A stretch of 64,000 nt of DNA from Ascidiella aspersa (lineage: Eukaryota). This document shows positions 12,001-23,987 of the stretch, in pieces. The notes below the pieces were generated by a model that was given only the letters and a program-made list of their open reading frames with translations, searched no databases and was not told the origin of the DNA. The stretch lies in the NCBI GenBank assembly GCA_963924565.1, contig OZ004607.1:3038001-3102000 (forward strand), in the 5' to 3' direction. The position numbers were made by a program, and so were the translations under genes. Position 1 is the stretch's first letter; each line of letters starts with the position of its first letter.

Positions 12001-15000
12001 TACAAAAGGCGATATGAATGGATTCATCTGCAATTAAGGTCATTGCTATTTGTAAGATTTTCAAGCCGAGGGCCTAACACTCAGTAATGTCAATTTCCTT
12101 AACAACACAAGTTCGATTTCATATAAATCACTTCCTTTTCGGGTAAATTGATTTTTTATCATCACTGGTCCATAAAGTCGTGATATCAGTCGCAATTAAG
12201 AACGGCCATTGTGTTTTGTGTCAGTGACCGAATTGCTCATTCCTATTTGGAACATTCTCAAGCCGAGAGCCAAACACTCAGTCATGCATCAATAAATCAA
12301 TTTAATTTAATGAGGATCAGGTCGGCTTACTTGCGGCATAATGAATGACGTCACACTGTGCCTGCCCAAAACGCGTGACATCACATTTGATAGTCGTGAA
12401 AAAATAAGGTCGCAAGTGGAAAAGTAGATCGGGGATGGTTTAAAGAATTAGTAACAATTTTGTCACAGGTATCTAATTCACTTTGGAACGCAATACACGC
12501 ATATTTTAGTAATTTCAACAAAAATACTAAATATTTGATAAAATCACAAAGTTTAAAACAACGAAATAACGATTTTATCGATTATAATGGCTTCAGTGTT
12601 TTTTTGTAATTACTAAGTTTAGTTAATAACGTTTTTAAACAATCAGCTTATAAGCTGGAACAAAATCTTTTTAGAAAGATCTTGGTAAAAGAATAACACA
12701 TTTACCGATTGTCATTGCTAAAATACGTAAAGGAGAATAATAAGCAAAATATACCGTAAGTAGTACGCGTGTTTTTTTGTTTTTTTTTTTAAGTACAAAA
12801 TCGAAGGAGAATATTGCCATTTGAGCTTTATATAGCAATATTATAAAACCGTCGATGCTTATACACTATTGAATGCAGTGACGCTATTCCATCGCACCCT
12901 AACTGTTTTAAAATGCAGCTCGGCATGTGTATGACGTAATGCAAGCGCATTCATTATTTATACATACTCGAAGCACACGAGAAGCCACAGCTCTACCCGG
13001 ACATCAAATGTGTAACAAGCGCCCGACGCTATTTACCAAACTCGTTCTCCAATGTGAATAACAGTAGCCTAGCCTGTTTTCAGTAGAAAGTTTTTAACTA
13101 GTTTCAACAAAAATAATAAAGCCATTATATTCGTTAAGGCTTTTTTTGAAATTACTGAAAACAACGTGTTCAAAGCTTTTTAACTAGTTTTAGGGTTTTC
13201 CCTATACAAAAGTCAAAAGTTAACGCATTTAATAAATATTTTGAACCTAAAATTTATTATTGTCATTCCTAAAACATTAAAAGGGAAACCACAAGCAAAA
13301 ATGGTCGAAAGTGTTTGTTTTTTCATAAGTACCAACAAACACGCAACGCTGTTTAGCAAATTGATTCTTAAATGTGAATAACAGTCCCCTGTTTTCAGTG
13401 AAAACTTTTTAATCATTACAATTTTTGCTTTTGATACTCGTGTTTAGGTGTACCTGTTCACTTGTAACGTCTTCCAGATATTCTCCAAAATGCTCCAAGG
13501 TTTTTCCTACGCCAGCAGAGTGGCCATCACCAACTCCGTTGAGTGACAAGTTTTGGATATCTAAGAACAGAAACCAAAGTTTTTGTGGCCACCAGTATCA
13601 AATTAACATAACAATCTAAGAACAGAAATTCCAACTTAACTAGGATTAAAAAAACAAAACACACAAAATAATGGAAAAAGTTCAAATTATAATCAAAACA
13701 AGCTTTATTATTAGCATGTAAATAAATACAGTTACATTTTTCTGTTCTTTGCTTTAAGTAACAACCGAAAATTAAATATCATTGTCGGTTCAACCAATAC
13801 AAGCATCACTTCAATCAGTAAATGTAGTAATTAACTGAAATACACAAAAACAATATAAGGAGTCCCCTCAAAAATAACAGAAATGTAAAACTGGTAAAGT
13901 AGTATCAGGTATAACATTGAATCGTTATTGTTTCAAAGTATGAGTACCAGAAGCACTTCCCTTACCTGTCATTTTTGTGTCAAATGGATCGGAAACAACA
14001 AGGTCAAAAGATTCGCTATCGTTTAAGTCCTCTTCGAGTGTCCACTTTGAAGCAAAACACGAACTGATAGTCAGGTGAAGTTTGTCATTAGATTCAGAAA
14101 TAGAAGAAATCACTTTTGGATCTGTCATAAATAATTTAAGATATGTAAAAAATCAATTTCTATATGGGTCGCTAAGTAGAGGGGATACTCAGACCAATAA
14201 AATGTTAAAAACTGTCTTTATACAGCGGGAATAATAACATGAACGTAAAGTAAAGCAAGTATAACACAACTAATTGGTTAAATTACAGAACAATAGTGAT
14301 AACAGGAATAAGGCGCGAAGTAAATAGCAAATCAAGGCCATACAAAACAAGTGTTTAACAGCATAAATTTATCTAGCAGAAACAAAATATAAGCAATAGG
14401 TTCAATACAAGAATAATCTTTAAAAAAAAAAAGAAACTTAATCAATCACATAGTGGAAAAACTCATAATAAATTTTCATATATTAAAATAAGTATATACA
14501 ATTTTTTAGTCTATGACTAACTGCAATGATTCAGACCAAACAAAAATCTACATTGAGAGACTACTTTTTCCCTGTGCTGCCTCCAATCCACAACAGGATC
14601 AATGTGCTTGTCTGGAGTGCAGCTAAACAGTCACGTAGCTGTCCAGACTGCTTAGCACACAAACCTTACAGCCTGCAGGCAGCACACCATGCCTACACCA
14701 CACAGGAAAAAGGCTGTAATGCCGTAATGCATATTTTATAAGGCAGTGCCAGCTGACTCTCATCTGGGGACCCATTCGTAGCAGAAATCAATCGCATCTC
14801 TCGCAAAAATGGATTACCTTAAAACGCCGGCACCATTACGCTGCCTGGTCATATCAATGCGACATCTTTAAAACTCTCGACGGAGTGATTTTTAGTCGAT
14901 TGCATGCTACTGGACATATCATTATCGATGGAAATATCATCTTTTCAAAACATCTTTGAATGATTTAAGTTTTTGAGGAAAATAATGCCTCATCAAAGCA

Positions 15001-18000
15001 AACATTTACAAATGTATTGACCATTGTTAAAAAAAATTCAGTTGTCTATTTTTTGTGATCAAAAGACTTTGGAAACAGAGATCCAAAAGAAAGTTATGGT
15101 ATTTAAATGTTATGGTTTCAAATGTTTTTAAAACCAAGCCAACTGGTGTAAAAAATATAGATTTAAAACCAATGAGTGTAAAATACACAACAGCTTTATC
15201 GAAAAAGTGGCATAAACAGCAAAACATTTCTTATAAGGTTTTATTCCCATTGCAAAACTTTTAAAAGGTCTCCTAAGACCTTAATTGTTTCATAATTGTT
15301 TCAACTAAAACTACAACAGATAATTGATGAAATAATAATAATATTATTATTATTTTTGTTAATTTTGGGATCTAAGCCTGCTCCAACATTGCTAGTTGTT
15401 GATCTCTTCTCCATATCGTAAGATTCAATGAATCATTCGAATTAAGTATATTAGCAGAACTGATGATGCTTTTTGCGTAACTATAGTATTCTGCTTTTGT
15501 TGAATAAAGTTGTTTTAGATCTTTTTTACAACCTTTGTGGTTTTGCTTGAATCTACAACACATGAATGTTGAATAGCTCGCCATACTTAACAAACCTGTT
15601 AAAATATCCAGCAATGTTTTGGGAGAGAAAAGTCCGTCTTGCAGATACCAGTCTGCCCTGCCATCGATGGAATGTCCTCCATATACAATAAGTCTGTCTT
15701 TCGCAGGGGTCAACAGAATTCGAGCTATTTCATTTTTCACAATCAAAAAGGTGGGATTCACCAGAAGTGTGGCTGACACTTGAGAAGTGCTGTAATAGAC
15801 TTCAACGAAACCTTGAAAAGTGTGTAGAACTGTGTTAAATTTTTAATTCTCAGTCAAACTCACATGATATTAATGGTTGAGGGTTGTAGTAAAACGTAAT
15901 AAGAATATCAAAGCCCATACAGAAGTAGGTATCATCTTGAACATTTCAAATAACTCTTTATTCATTTTCAACATCAAAGTTTTTTTCAACATCAAAATGA
16001 TGCCAAAAATGAATAAAGAGTTATTCGAAACGTTCAAGATGATGCCTTCTTCTGTATGGGCTTTGATATTCTTATTACGTCACACATGATATTGTTTGAT
16101 AAATTATTACATAATTGAAAATATGAGTTTCACAGAAAACTAGCAGGCCTACTCATTGGTATGCTAAATAAAATTTAAACTAAATTGACAAAAAGATCCA
16201 TTAGGCAAATTATAATTTGTAGAGTTCTTAACAGCTCTATTATTTTGTTTTAATTGGAAACAAAGGTGAAAAACCTCTTTAAAGTTTCATAGATTTAATA
16301 GAAATCCAAAATGCAGATTTGCTATGTTTAGTTTACAAATAAAACGCTGAAAACAAATGTCAATTTAAAAAAAATACCTGGTTCATCCTCGCTTACACAA
16401 ACTTTTGCTTTTGAGGGAAATGAAGTGAACAGTTCGTTGACTACTTCGCTGCTGTTAATTCTATTGGACCAATTAGAAATACCTAAAATAAAAATGAAAC
16501 ACAATCAGCAATTAATATAAATTAAATTACAAGCCAATGATTCTTGTATAAAATAATAGTTTTAACTTTTGGAACGAAAAAAAAAATGTTGTGGATAGGG
16601 ATGTTCAAAGTAGAATCCCAAGGTATTCTAGAATAATAGGTTTCGAATCTAGAATAACGAATCCAGAATAGCGAATCCTAGTATATTTTTATTAAATTAT
16701 TTAACCTCGATTTTGTTTGGGGAAGGGATTAATCTTAATCTACCCTACAGGGCCCACAATCACAGCAATAAATCGCCCAAACAATTTTCTAACATGTGTA
16801 CATTATAATAAAAAAACTCTCTCATATGTTTAACATTCTTAACAACTGTCATCTGAAGCCGTTCTGTAAACTGGAATATGTCAACTGTCCAGGTTGTGTC
16901 CAAAACTTATATTTTTGCCAATAGTGAGCAAATGCAACACTGCACACAGAAGTCTTAAGCAATTCGGTCCTGTTTTTGAAAGCATTGTTAAGTCTTATTG
17001 CTTCTTTTTTGACTAACATGATCTGTTATGCAGTCAAATGATGTACTGCAAAGAATACAAAGTTATTATTGACATAACGAATTCTTGACAATTACGTTGT
17101 GCATAACTGCATAACTTCCCTGAATATTGGCCTAAAGTTGACCTTAAGTAACCCCATAGCGCATTTTGTGGACGGCCAGCACGTTTTGCAACGCTATGTT
17201 ACTTTTGCAACTTAACGCATTTAGGGAAATTGCGAACTCCACACCAGACATTACACGCTAGTCGCTCGCCCAATAACGCTTGATTGACACTTAATTATTA
17301 GACGAACGTTATCGCGAGACGCGGTAATTGGTCGCCCGAAAAAACGCTGACACTGCACTACGAGGTTACACTTAAAGCAAGCACTATGCATTGGTCGCCG
17401 CAGCGACAGGCCAAATTACCACACGCGTTTGTACAATTAGGCGCGACGGTCGGCGGTAAAACATTAAATTATATCGGTTCCAATTACCCGAAATAAATGG
17501 CAGAATTGGATTCGAATCTCATCTGGATTCGAATCCAAGGATTCGATATTCTACTTTGAACATCCCTAGTTGTGGAAATAACGCATTCATTTGTAGGATT
17601 GACTTGGCTAACTAAAGATTGGAAGTGAATAAACAGTAATCAATATAGTGTTGTTGTGAGGCATGGTTTCAATTATAAATGTTTATAGTTGCAATAATTT
17701 TTCCCTAAAGAAGATTACCTGTATAGTATAGTTGGCCCAAACTTTGGTACTATAATAATATTTTGTCATAAGAAAAATTTGAACAAACAGCAACTACCAT
17801 AATTAACCAAGTTACTTTACATGGGTTTTTATAAAAAGAATATCCAACAAAGTTGTTACCCCAATGATACAATTCTAGGCAAGTTATGCATACAAAAGTA
17901 CTCATATTAAACCCTTATAAAATATTTATATTTCAAGCCTGCTTTGTACCATATTGCTCATCATAGGGTGAACAAAATTAAAGGTAGATTCATTTCTGGC

Positions 18001-18503
18001 AAAAGATTAAATGCAAAAAACGTTTGGCCGAAATAAAAGGCCAAAAGTCGGTTTTATATGCCATAAATGCTATCGTGTATTGTAACACAGGGAAATTTTA
18101 GTCAACATAACATCACTGGCATGGTTTTGGGCAGCATTCCACATCAAAGTACTTTGGGGGAATGGCGCTGGAATGCAATGGTACCAAAGTATCACTTTCA
18201 TTGAGTAAAACATTGCTCTTGATTAATTGTATATAGTTGGAAGCAAACACAAATACAGGTAAATGTATTTATTGAAGAATGGCTAAAATTAACAATAACC
18301 TTAATCACCAGCATACACTCGAAATCACAACAACAAACATACACAAAATTTTTATATCTATGTTTGTTAGCTGGCAGTTACAAAATTATTAAATCACCTC
18401 TGGTAATGGTTTGTGAAATATGCTTGACAAACTCTGGATCATCCAATGCACCAACAATGACAAGAATCCTTAAAGACGGCGCCTTTGAAACTGCAGGCTC
18501 CAT
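72..18503 (-). CDS. MAP1: Microtubule-associated protein 1 family (MAP1A/1B/1S, Futsch-like), spliced, 3' end outside window
   Basis: Phase-compatible GT-AG exons: 18503-18398, 16482-16378, 15811-15596, 14121-13966, 13560-13454, 8781-8624, 8059-7897, 7433-7227, 6384-6193, 4210-4076, 3529-3430, 3023-72. The translation contains MAP1 heavy-chain motifs LLEPPTQEGFLKIRKPCLYVFPAGTGDSTFFTVNGFNILINGG, FWRLLRHLDRLDCIIATH, LISPDLGV, KVGIGKLDIYVISP and EKIVRVLFPGNAPQSKVLQGLEK. These are followed by a basic K/A/S/P region and an acidic His-rich region. A G|GTAAGG donor at 72/71 implies further exons, probably the light chain, left of the window. Confidence 0.9.
6751..7023. mobile_element. hAT (Charlie-like) MITE
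   Basis: TIRs cagtggttctcaac / gttgggaatcactg; 8-bp TSD ag(t/c)taaag. Confidence 0.75.
8241..8581. mobile_element. hAT MITE
   Basis: TIRs cagggctgccgagtcgg / ccgactccgcagcccctg; TSD gtc(c/t)gaac. Confidence 0.78.
10669..10957. mobile_element. hAT (Tip100-like) MITE
   Basis: TIRs tcgggttgccag / ctggcaaccctg; perfect TSD aacctgct (10661-10668, 10958-10965). Confidence 0.78.
11621..11782. mobile_element. hAT-type MITE (second copy at 26581-26736, inverted)
   Basis: TIRs cagggttttttaaggt / accttaaaaaaacactg; TSD gg(c/t)gtggc; near-identical copy elsewhere in the window. Confidence 0.8.
15872..16082. mobile_element. Palindromic Penelope-like insertion (family A)
   Basis: Inverted arms taataagaatatcaaagcccatacagaag...; 11-bp TSD cacatgatatt at 15861-15871 and 16083-16093. 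Confidence 0.75.
16596..17568. mobile_element. Non-autonomous hAT element (973 bp)
   Basis: Perfect 21-bp TIR tagggatgttcaaagtagaat, perfect TSD gttgtgga, and subterminal gaatc/gattc repeats. Confidence 0.88.
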
Positions 18504-21500
18504 TAGGCAGAATTCTGTGGAACTTTCTTATCAGTTACACTAAATGGTCGCGCGAAATTGTCTGCAGAAATATTGAACGCAGAATTTGAATAGGTTTATT
18601 GGTAAACGACTGAAAGTAAGGCATTACCACCAAAGCTTGCCACATGTTACCCTACTATTCCAACATTAAAAGTGACAGCGGCTTCCTAATAAACACGGCA
18701 TTTACGTAACAAGCATGCTATTACTACATTCACACGGCGACGTTCATTAGCTAATTCACATATTTTGGTTTACTGAAATAGTACAAGAGCAACATGTTGT
18801 CCTGTGTTGCCAGTATCGGTTAATCTACATTTCACAATGCTGAGAAGTGGCTCGGCGCCAATATGCGATGCGACAGAATGATAAACTCTCGAGCCAGACT
18901 TGTCAGACAAAATAAACCACTTGGAGTGAAGTAAGACGGGCGTGCTGTGATTTGAAGCTTTTTCGCTACGCGTGATTGCTCAAAACCTTGACCGCTTCTT
19001 TTTCATTTGGCGAGCGTTCAAACCTGAAAAAATATAAAAGCGTTTATACAGGCGTTTGGTAACTTCGGTTTAAAAATGCGAACATTTGGTGGCGTAGGAA
19101 AGTTTAAATGTATAGCCAACTGACCCATTTTCAAGTATTTAAGGATATGTGATGTGGCATTAATTAGAGCATAAATCCAAAATTTTAAGCAATATTACTT
19201 AATTTAACGGATGGAGACATATTATTTTTAAGTCAATAGCTTTTTAACTATTTTTAGATTAAACTTGTTTTGTTAATTTTTTACGGGGAATCCCCGATAT
19301 AAAAACATAAGTAACACATATTGTTACACGAAACTTGAGATAAAACATTTTTTGTCACATTTTAATCTTGTTTGCTCTTTCGAAAAACTTTTCACCCATT
19401 GAATATATCGTAGATTGCATTTCGCGATAATGAAGGTTAAAATTGGCCCAAAATTTTATAGTTGAGATATATGCATATTCATATGACGAACATCTTATAA
19501 AGGCAATTATTATTTAGCCACAAAATGGACGATCCTTAATAGTTAACTTCTAGCAATCAGCAAAGCAAAACTAGATCAAGGTGAACTGCAAGTTATTTCT
19601 TACAAATTTTAAAAGAAACTAATGGCTTTTGCTAACCTCATAACTATTTAAAGTACAGGGCGCTGGTTTAGAATCCTACCACATTGTTTTAAAGTTACTG
19701 AATATAGCAAACACATTAAAAACTGGGGAGAAACATTAAAAACTGGGAGAATAAATGCCGGACCCACCTCAACCTAAACGCTGACTGGCACCCTAAACCA
19801 AATAATGTGTGTGTTGATTTTATAATTTAGACGCTGTGGTAGGATCCCAGACTAACGTTAAATAAAGCAATAAAAATTAAAAAAGGAGGCCAAAAAAGTG
19901 TGCAAGACCAAATAGTCTTTGAAAACCCCTATGTTTTTCCAAACGTCTTTCACTGGTCGTTAATTTTATTTTATGTTTAGCTTAAGAACGTTAAATACAG
20001 CAATAAAAGGTAAAAAAGTGTACAAGACCAATATTCTTTGAAAACGCCAATGTTTTTCTAAACGTCTTGGTCAAAAATGGTTAATATCGCTGGTTGTTAA
20101 TTTCATTTATGGTTAGCTTAAGGTATGTGTTTAAAGAGTTTAATTGTAAAACCATTTTTTCAACTATTTGTTCTTGTTAAAATTAAAATTTTCCCCACCA
20201 GGCAACATGTCAATAGATAAAAATTAAGCATTGGTCTAGAATCCTACCACAACGTCTAAGCAATTATTACTTTGTTTAGGGTATGGGTTAGCATTTGGGT
20301 GAGGTTCAGTTAAGTGTTATTATATTTCTAACCTAATAAAAATGCATGACTCACTCAAAAATTTACAAATAAAAGCCATTTTTAGTGTCTATATTGTTCT
20401 ATTTTGGCATAGTATTTCCAGAAAAAAATATTTGGTGTGACTCTTTGGCGACCATAAAATAATTATGGAGTGCAGTCAGGCTTTTTCCTAATTTCAATTT
20501 TGACAATTAAACAGCCAGTATGGCAGAAAGCTGGCAACTTGGCGACTATGTCGGCCGAAGAATCAGATAGAAAACCGAAGAAACTGGTCCGAAAAAAAAA
20601 AAAATAATTTTTTTTTCTTTGAAAGATTGATTTGCAAAAAAATGTGTGCACGTTCTACACCTATTCAATCCAATATATTTTAAAATGCTGAATATGTAGA
20701 AACGTTATGCACTAAAATTGGCACGAAATAATTTTGTTGTGCCATTCTGAAAAAAGTTCGAAGCATGTTGTTTAGCAGAGGAAAGTCAGTGTTTGGCCTG
20801 TAGATTGTTGATTAGTTTTAAAAGTGCTAAATTTTGATAGAATTGTTGTGTATTTGCAGTTTTACTTGATTTGGCAAGTACTTCTTTATTGAGTTAAAAA
20901 AGCAATCATGATAGTCGCCATTCCTGTTAAATAGACAGGTATGACATTTACTTTGGCATATCAAGAATGTACCAGGCCATGCTGGTCCATCTAACTAAGG
21001 CCTAAACTATATTTTTGGCTGTTTTAGTTATATATGCAAAAAATGTTCGCGCTTCGCGCAAAATTCGGCCTCTTTTGCTATGGTTGTGTCTCTGAGGCAT
21101 ATATATTTAGCCAAAAGGTATTATGAATACTATGGCATGTTGCACTTCAACACTGTGGGGCTCTAATTTCGCCAAATAATTTGTATTAACTTGGATTATA
21201 ACACACCGTTTTTTTTTATTAAAAATTTCCCCCAGTTAAAAAAAAAAAAAATTTTTTTCTCCCAATTTGAAGAAGTTTTTTCTCGCTTTTCAATTTGATT
21301 TTGCATGTGTGCACATGAGTTTGCTCGAAAACAGCGTATCTATGTAATAGTACTGGGGTAAGAAAAGCAGACATGTTCACCCCCAGTTCCCCAGACTGTA
21401 CTTCAGCATACACCATATGTATTTCTTTATGTCACAAAAATATTGTGCGCCTTCAGCACAACTTTTTGCTAATTCATTTATTTCCTAATCCTGTTTATCG

Positions 21501-21722
21501 CCTAAATATGGAAAGGTTGATACATTCCTTTGACGAACACATCATTTAAGTTTTTGGGCACAACCAAAAAACCGAAGAATTTACGCCAACAATGCTTGTC
21601 AACAGAAGGCTGGCAAGATTCTGCCAGCCTGTAAACAGCAACTACCATGTGACTTTATCAGGGTTAATAATTAAATTTAGTGATTATTTTTCCAGGTAAC
21701 GAACTTAAAATAGCTTATTTTG

Positions 21723-22799
21723 ATGATCAGGTCCCTCATAATGGAAAGTATTAAAGGGAAAATCGATCTGCAAAAGAAAGATATTACAACGTTGAAAGTG
21801 GATGCGATTGTAAATGCAGCAAACGAAACACTTTTGGGCGGAGGAGGTGTCGATGGAGCGATTCACCGAGCTGCGGGTCGCCAACTTCTCGAAGAATGTC
21901 GGAAATTAAATGGATGTCAAACTGGAAAGGCAAAAATTACACGTGGGTACAACTTACCTGCAAAGTTTGTCATTCACACCGTCGGCCCATTCGGTGAACA
22001 TCCCAAACTGTTGGAAAGCTGTTACAAAAACAGTCTGGATCTTCTCAAAGAGAAAAATCTTCGAACAATTGCGTTTCCTTGCATTTCAACCGGCATATAT
22101 CATTATCCAAACCAAAATGCTGCCGAAGTCGCCTTTGAAACTGTGTATAACTGGATTAAAGACAACCCAGGCTCAATTGAAAGGGTAACTTTTTGTCTTT
22201 TTCTTGATGATGATGAAAAAATTTATAAACAATTGCTCAAGAAATATTTCCCAGAAAATGATGGTAGTTCAGTGGATGGTGAGGGTTACCGAAAACGCAA
22301 TCAAGAAAAGGTTAAATCTGACAAAACAAAACAGGATAAAAAAGGTGAAAAGTCTGGCAAAAGTTTACTTGACTGTGTACCATTTTTGGGATCAAAGAAA
22401 GAGAAAAATCCAAAAGGTAAAGAAACTGCCCCAGAGTCACATCCTGGTAAAGCTACACAATCTAACAAATCTGTGCATACAGCTGTTAATAAAGATTCCC
22501 ATCACCAAGCTAAAATTCCTGTGGTACATGACAAAGAGGCTGATATGGAAAACACCAAATTGAAAGGTGAAAATGTTAAGGGCAATTCTAAAGAGCAAAG
22601 AATGCCAGATCGCGGCGAAGAAGAAATGGAGGACACAAGCAACCAACAGAAGCGTGTAAAAGATGATGCAAGAGCTGGAGATGGAAAGCCAACTGATGAG
22701 CTTCAGAAACCTACAGAATTGAATGACAATTCGCCCGAATCGGATAAAAATGATTTAGGGTCTGACACTAAAGAAAAACTTGAAAGCATTGATGTATAA
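21723..22799 (+). CDS. MACROD: MacroD-type macrodomain protein (ADP-ribose glycohydrolase / O-acetyl-ADP-ribose deacetylase, MACROD1/2 family), single coding exon
   Basis: Motifs [37 protein letters not shown] and [11 protein letters not shown], then a charged low-complexity tail. Start is ATG 21723 or 21741. Acceptor ttttccag ends at 21695, and AATAAA occurs near 23274 and 23297. Confidence 0.93.
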   Translation: MIRSLIMESIKGKIDLQKKDITTLKVDAIVNAANETLLGGGGVDGAIHRAAGRQLLEECRKLNGCQTGKAKITRGYNLPAKFVIHTVGPFGEHPKLLESCYKNSLDLLKEKNLRTIAFPCISTGIYHYPNQNAAEVAFETVYNWIKDNPGSIERVTFCLFLDDDEKIYKQLLKKYFPENDGSSVDGEGYRKRNQEKVKSDKTKQDKKGEKSGKSLLDCVPFLGSKKEKNPKGKETAPESHPGKATQSNKSVHTAVNKDSHHQAKIPVVHDKEADMENTKLKGENVKGNSKEQRMPDRGEEEMEDTSNQQKRVKDDARAGDGKPTDELQKPTELNDNSPESDKNDLGSDTKEKLESIDV

Positions 22800-23349
22800 G
22801 CTTGTCCAATTTTGCATTTCTTCTCCAGACAATTTTTTGATTCTAAATGTTTTCAAATGATATTATATATTTAATGCAAAATACCTTGTAATTCTTCCAT
22901 TACATTACGAATGAGTTTCACTTCATGTTTCGACAGATTGTTTTTTTTAGTGTATAAACCATTTTAGTTCCTACTGTATTTTTTATTTGATGTGTTGTGT
23001 TGTGCTGTTGATTGTAGTAAACTATTTTCGAGTTGCATGCATAAAAACTAACCTATAAATATATTTTAAAAAACATTTTTCCCTATTGTGTGAATTATTT
23101 TTTGGGGTAAAATTGAAAGTCTTGCCAATGCACCTGTTCAATATATATTAAGGTGTGGTACATTTTGTTACTATGGAATTGTTGTGTCATTGTTTTTTGA
23201 GTGTCAAAAGCAATTTGAAATTCAACTTAAAAATTAGTATTTTTTTTCATTTTGCTGTACTCACTACAACTTTAATAAAGTTTCTAATTGTGTTTGAATA
23301 AATGCTTGCTAACGTTTCTCGAGGAGGCCTAGACTTTATTTTTAGAGGA

Positions 23350-23625
23350 ATTGTGGCAAGTATTGGCGCCATGCTTGTTTCTCGACTCGCTCCTCTCTGA
23401 AACTATGTAGCTCATTTGGTAGAGCGACGGTCCCGGCTTGACCGGAGGTCGTGAGTTCGAACCTCACTATAGGATAGTTAATTTTCTAGCCTGACCTGCT
23501 TGCATCATTGATCGACAAATTCAGTGCGTCTGCGATGGCTTTAGGTGTACTAATTATACGTAAGCCGTAATGGTTGGTCAAAAAGCTGCTTCAGAAGTGC
23601 TAGATCACAGCTGTTAACACACATT
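23350..23625 (+). mobile_element. tRNA-derived SINE-like element
   Basis: A box TAGCTCATTTGG, B box GTTCGAACC and a cloverleaf-like head at 23401-23474. Second copy is inverted at 23786-23987, and a 3'-tail-only copy lies at about 31695-31760. Confidence 0.75.
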
Positions 23626-23785
23626 AGAGCAGGGGTGGGCAATTATTTTTAACCGCGGGCCGCACAAGAAACTTGAAATGTTTTGGCGGGCGGGTAAAAA
23701 ATAGGATCTAAAACATACGCAATGTGACGTCATACTCTGACGATATAAAACAAATTAGCTAACGAACTTGTTATTACGTCTGAAG

Positions 23786-23987
23786 TTAGTACACCGAAAG
23801 CCATTGCAGACTCACCGAATCTGTCGATCATTGATGCAAGCAGGGCAGGCTGGAAAATCAACTATCCTATAGTGAGGTTCGAACTCACGACCTCCGGTCA
23901 AGCCGGAACCGTCGCTCTACCAACTGAGCTATGCAAGCTCAGAAGGGAACGAGTCGAGAAACAACCATACGCCAATGCTTGCTCAAT
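23786..23987 (-). mobile_element. tRNA-derived SINE-like element, inverted partner copy
   Basis: The reverse complement aligns with 23350-23552, including tagctcagttggtagagcg...gttcgaacctcac. Confidence 0.75.

Noticed and set aside
16820-17030. Transposase remnant inside the 973-bp hAT element
   Set aside because: No recognisable BED, DDE or dimerisation motif in the frames read.
23401-23474. Functional tRNA gene
   Set aside because: The anticodon loop ccggctt lacks U33 and purine 37, the acceptor stem is incomplete, and it is embedded in a longer repeated element with a tail found elsewhere.
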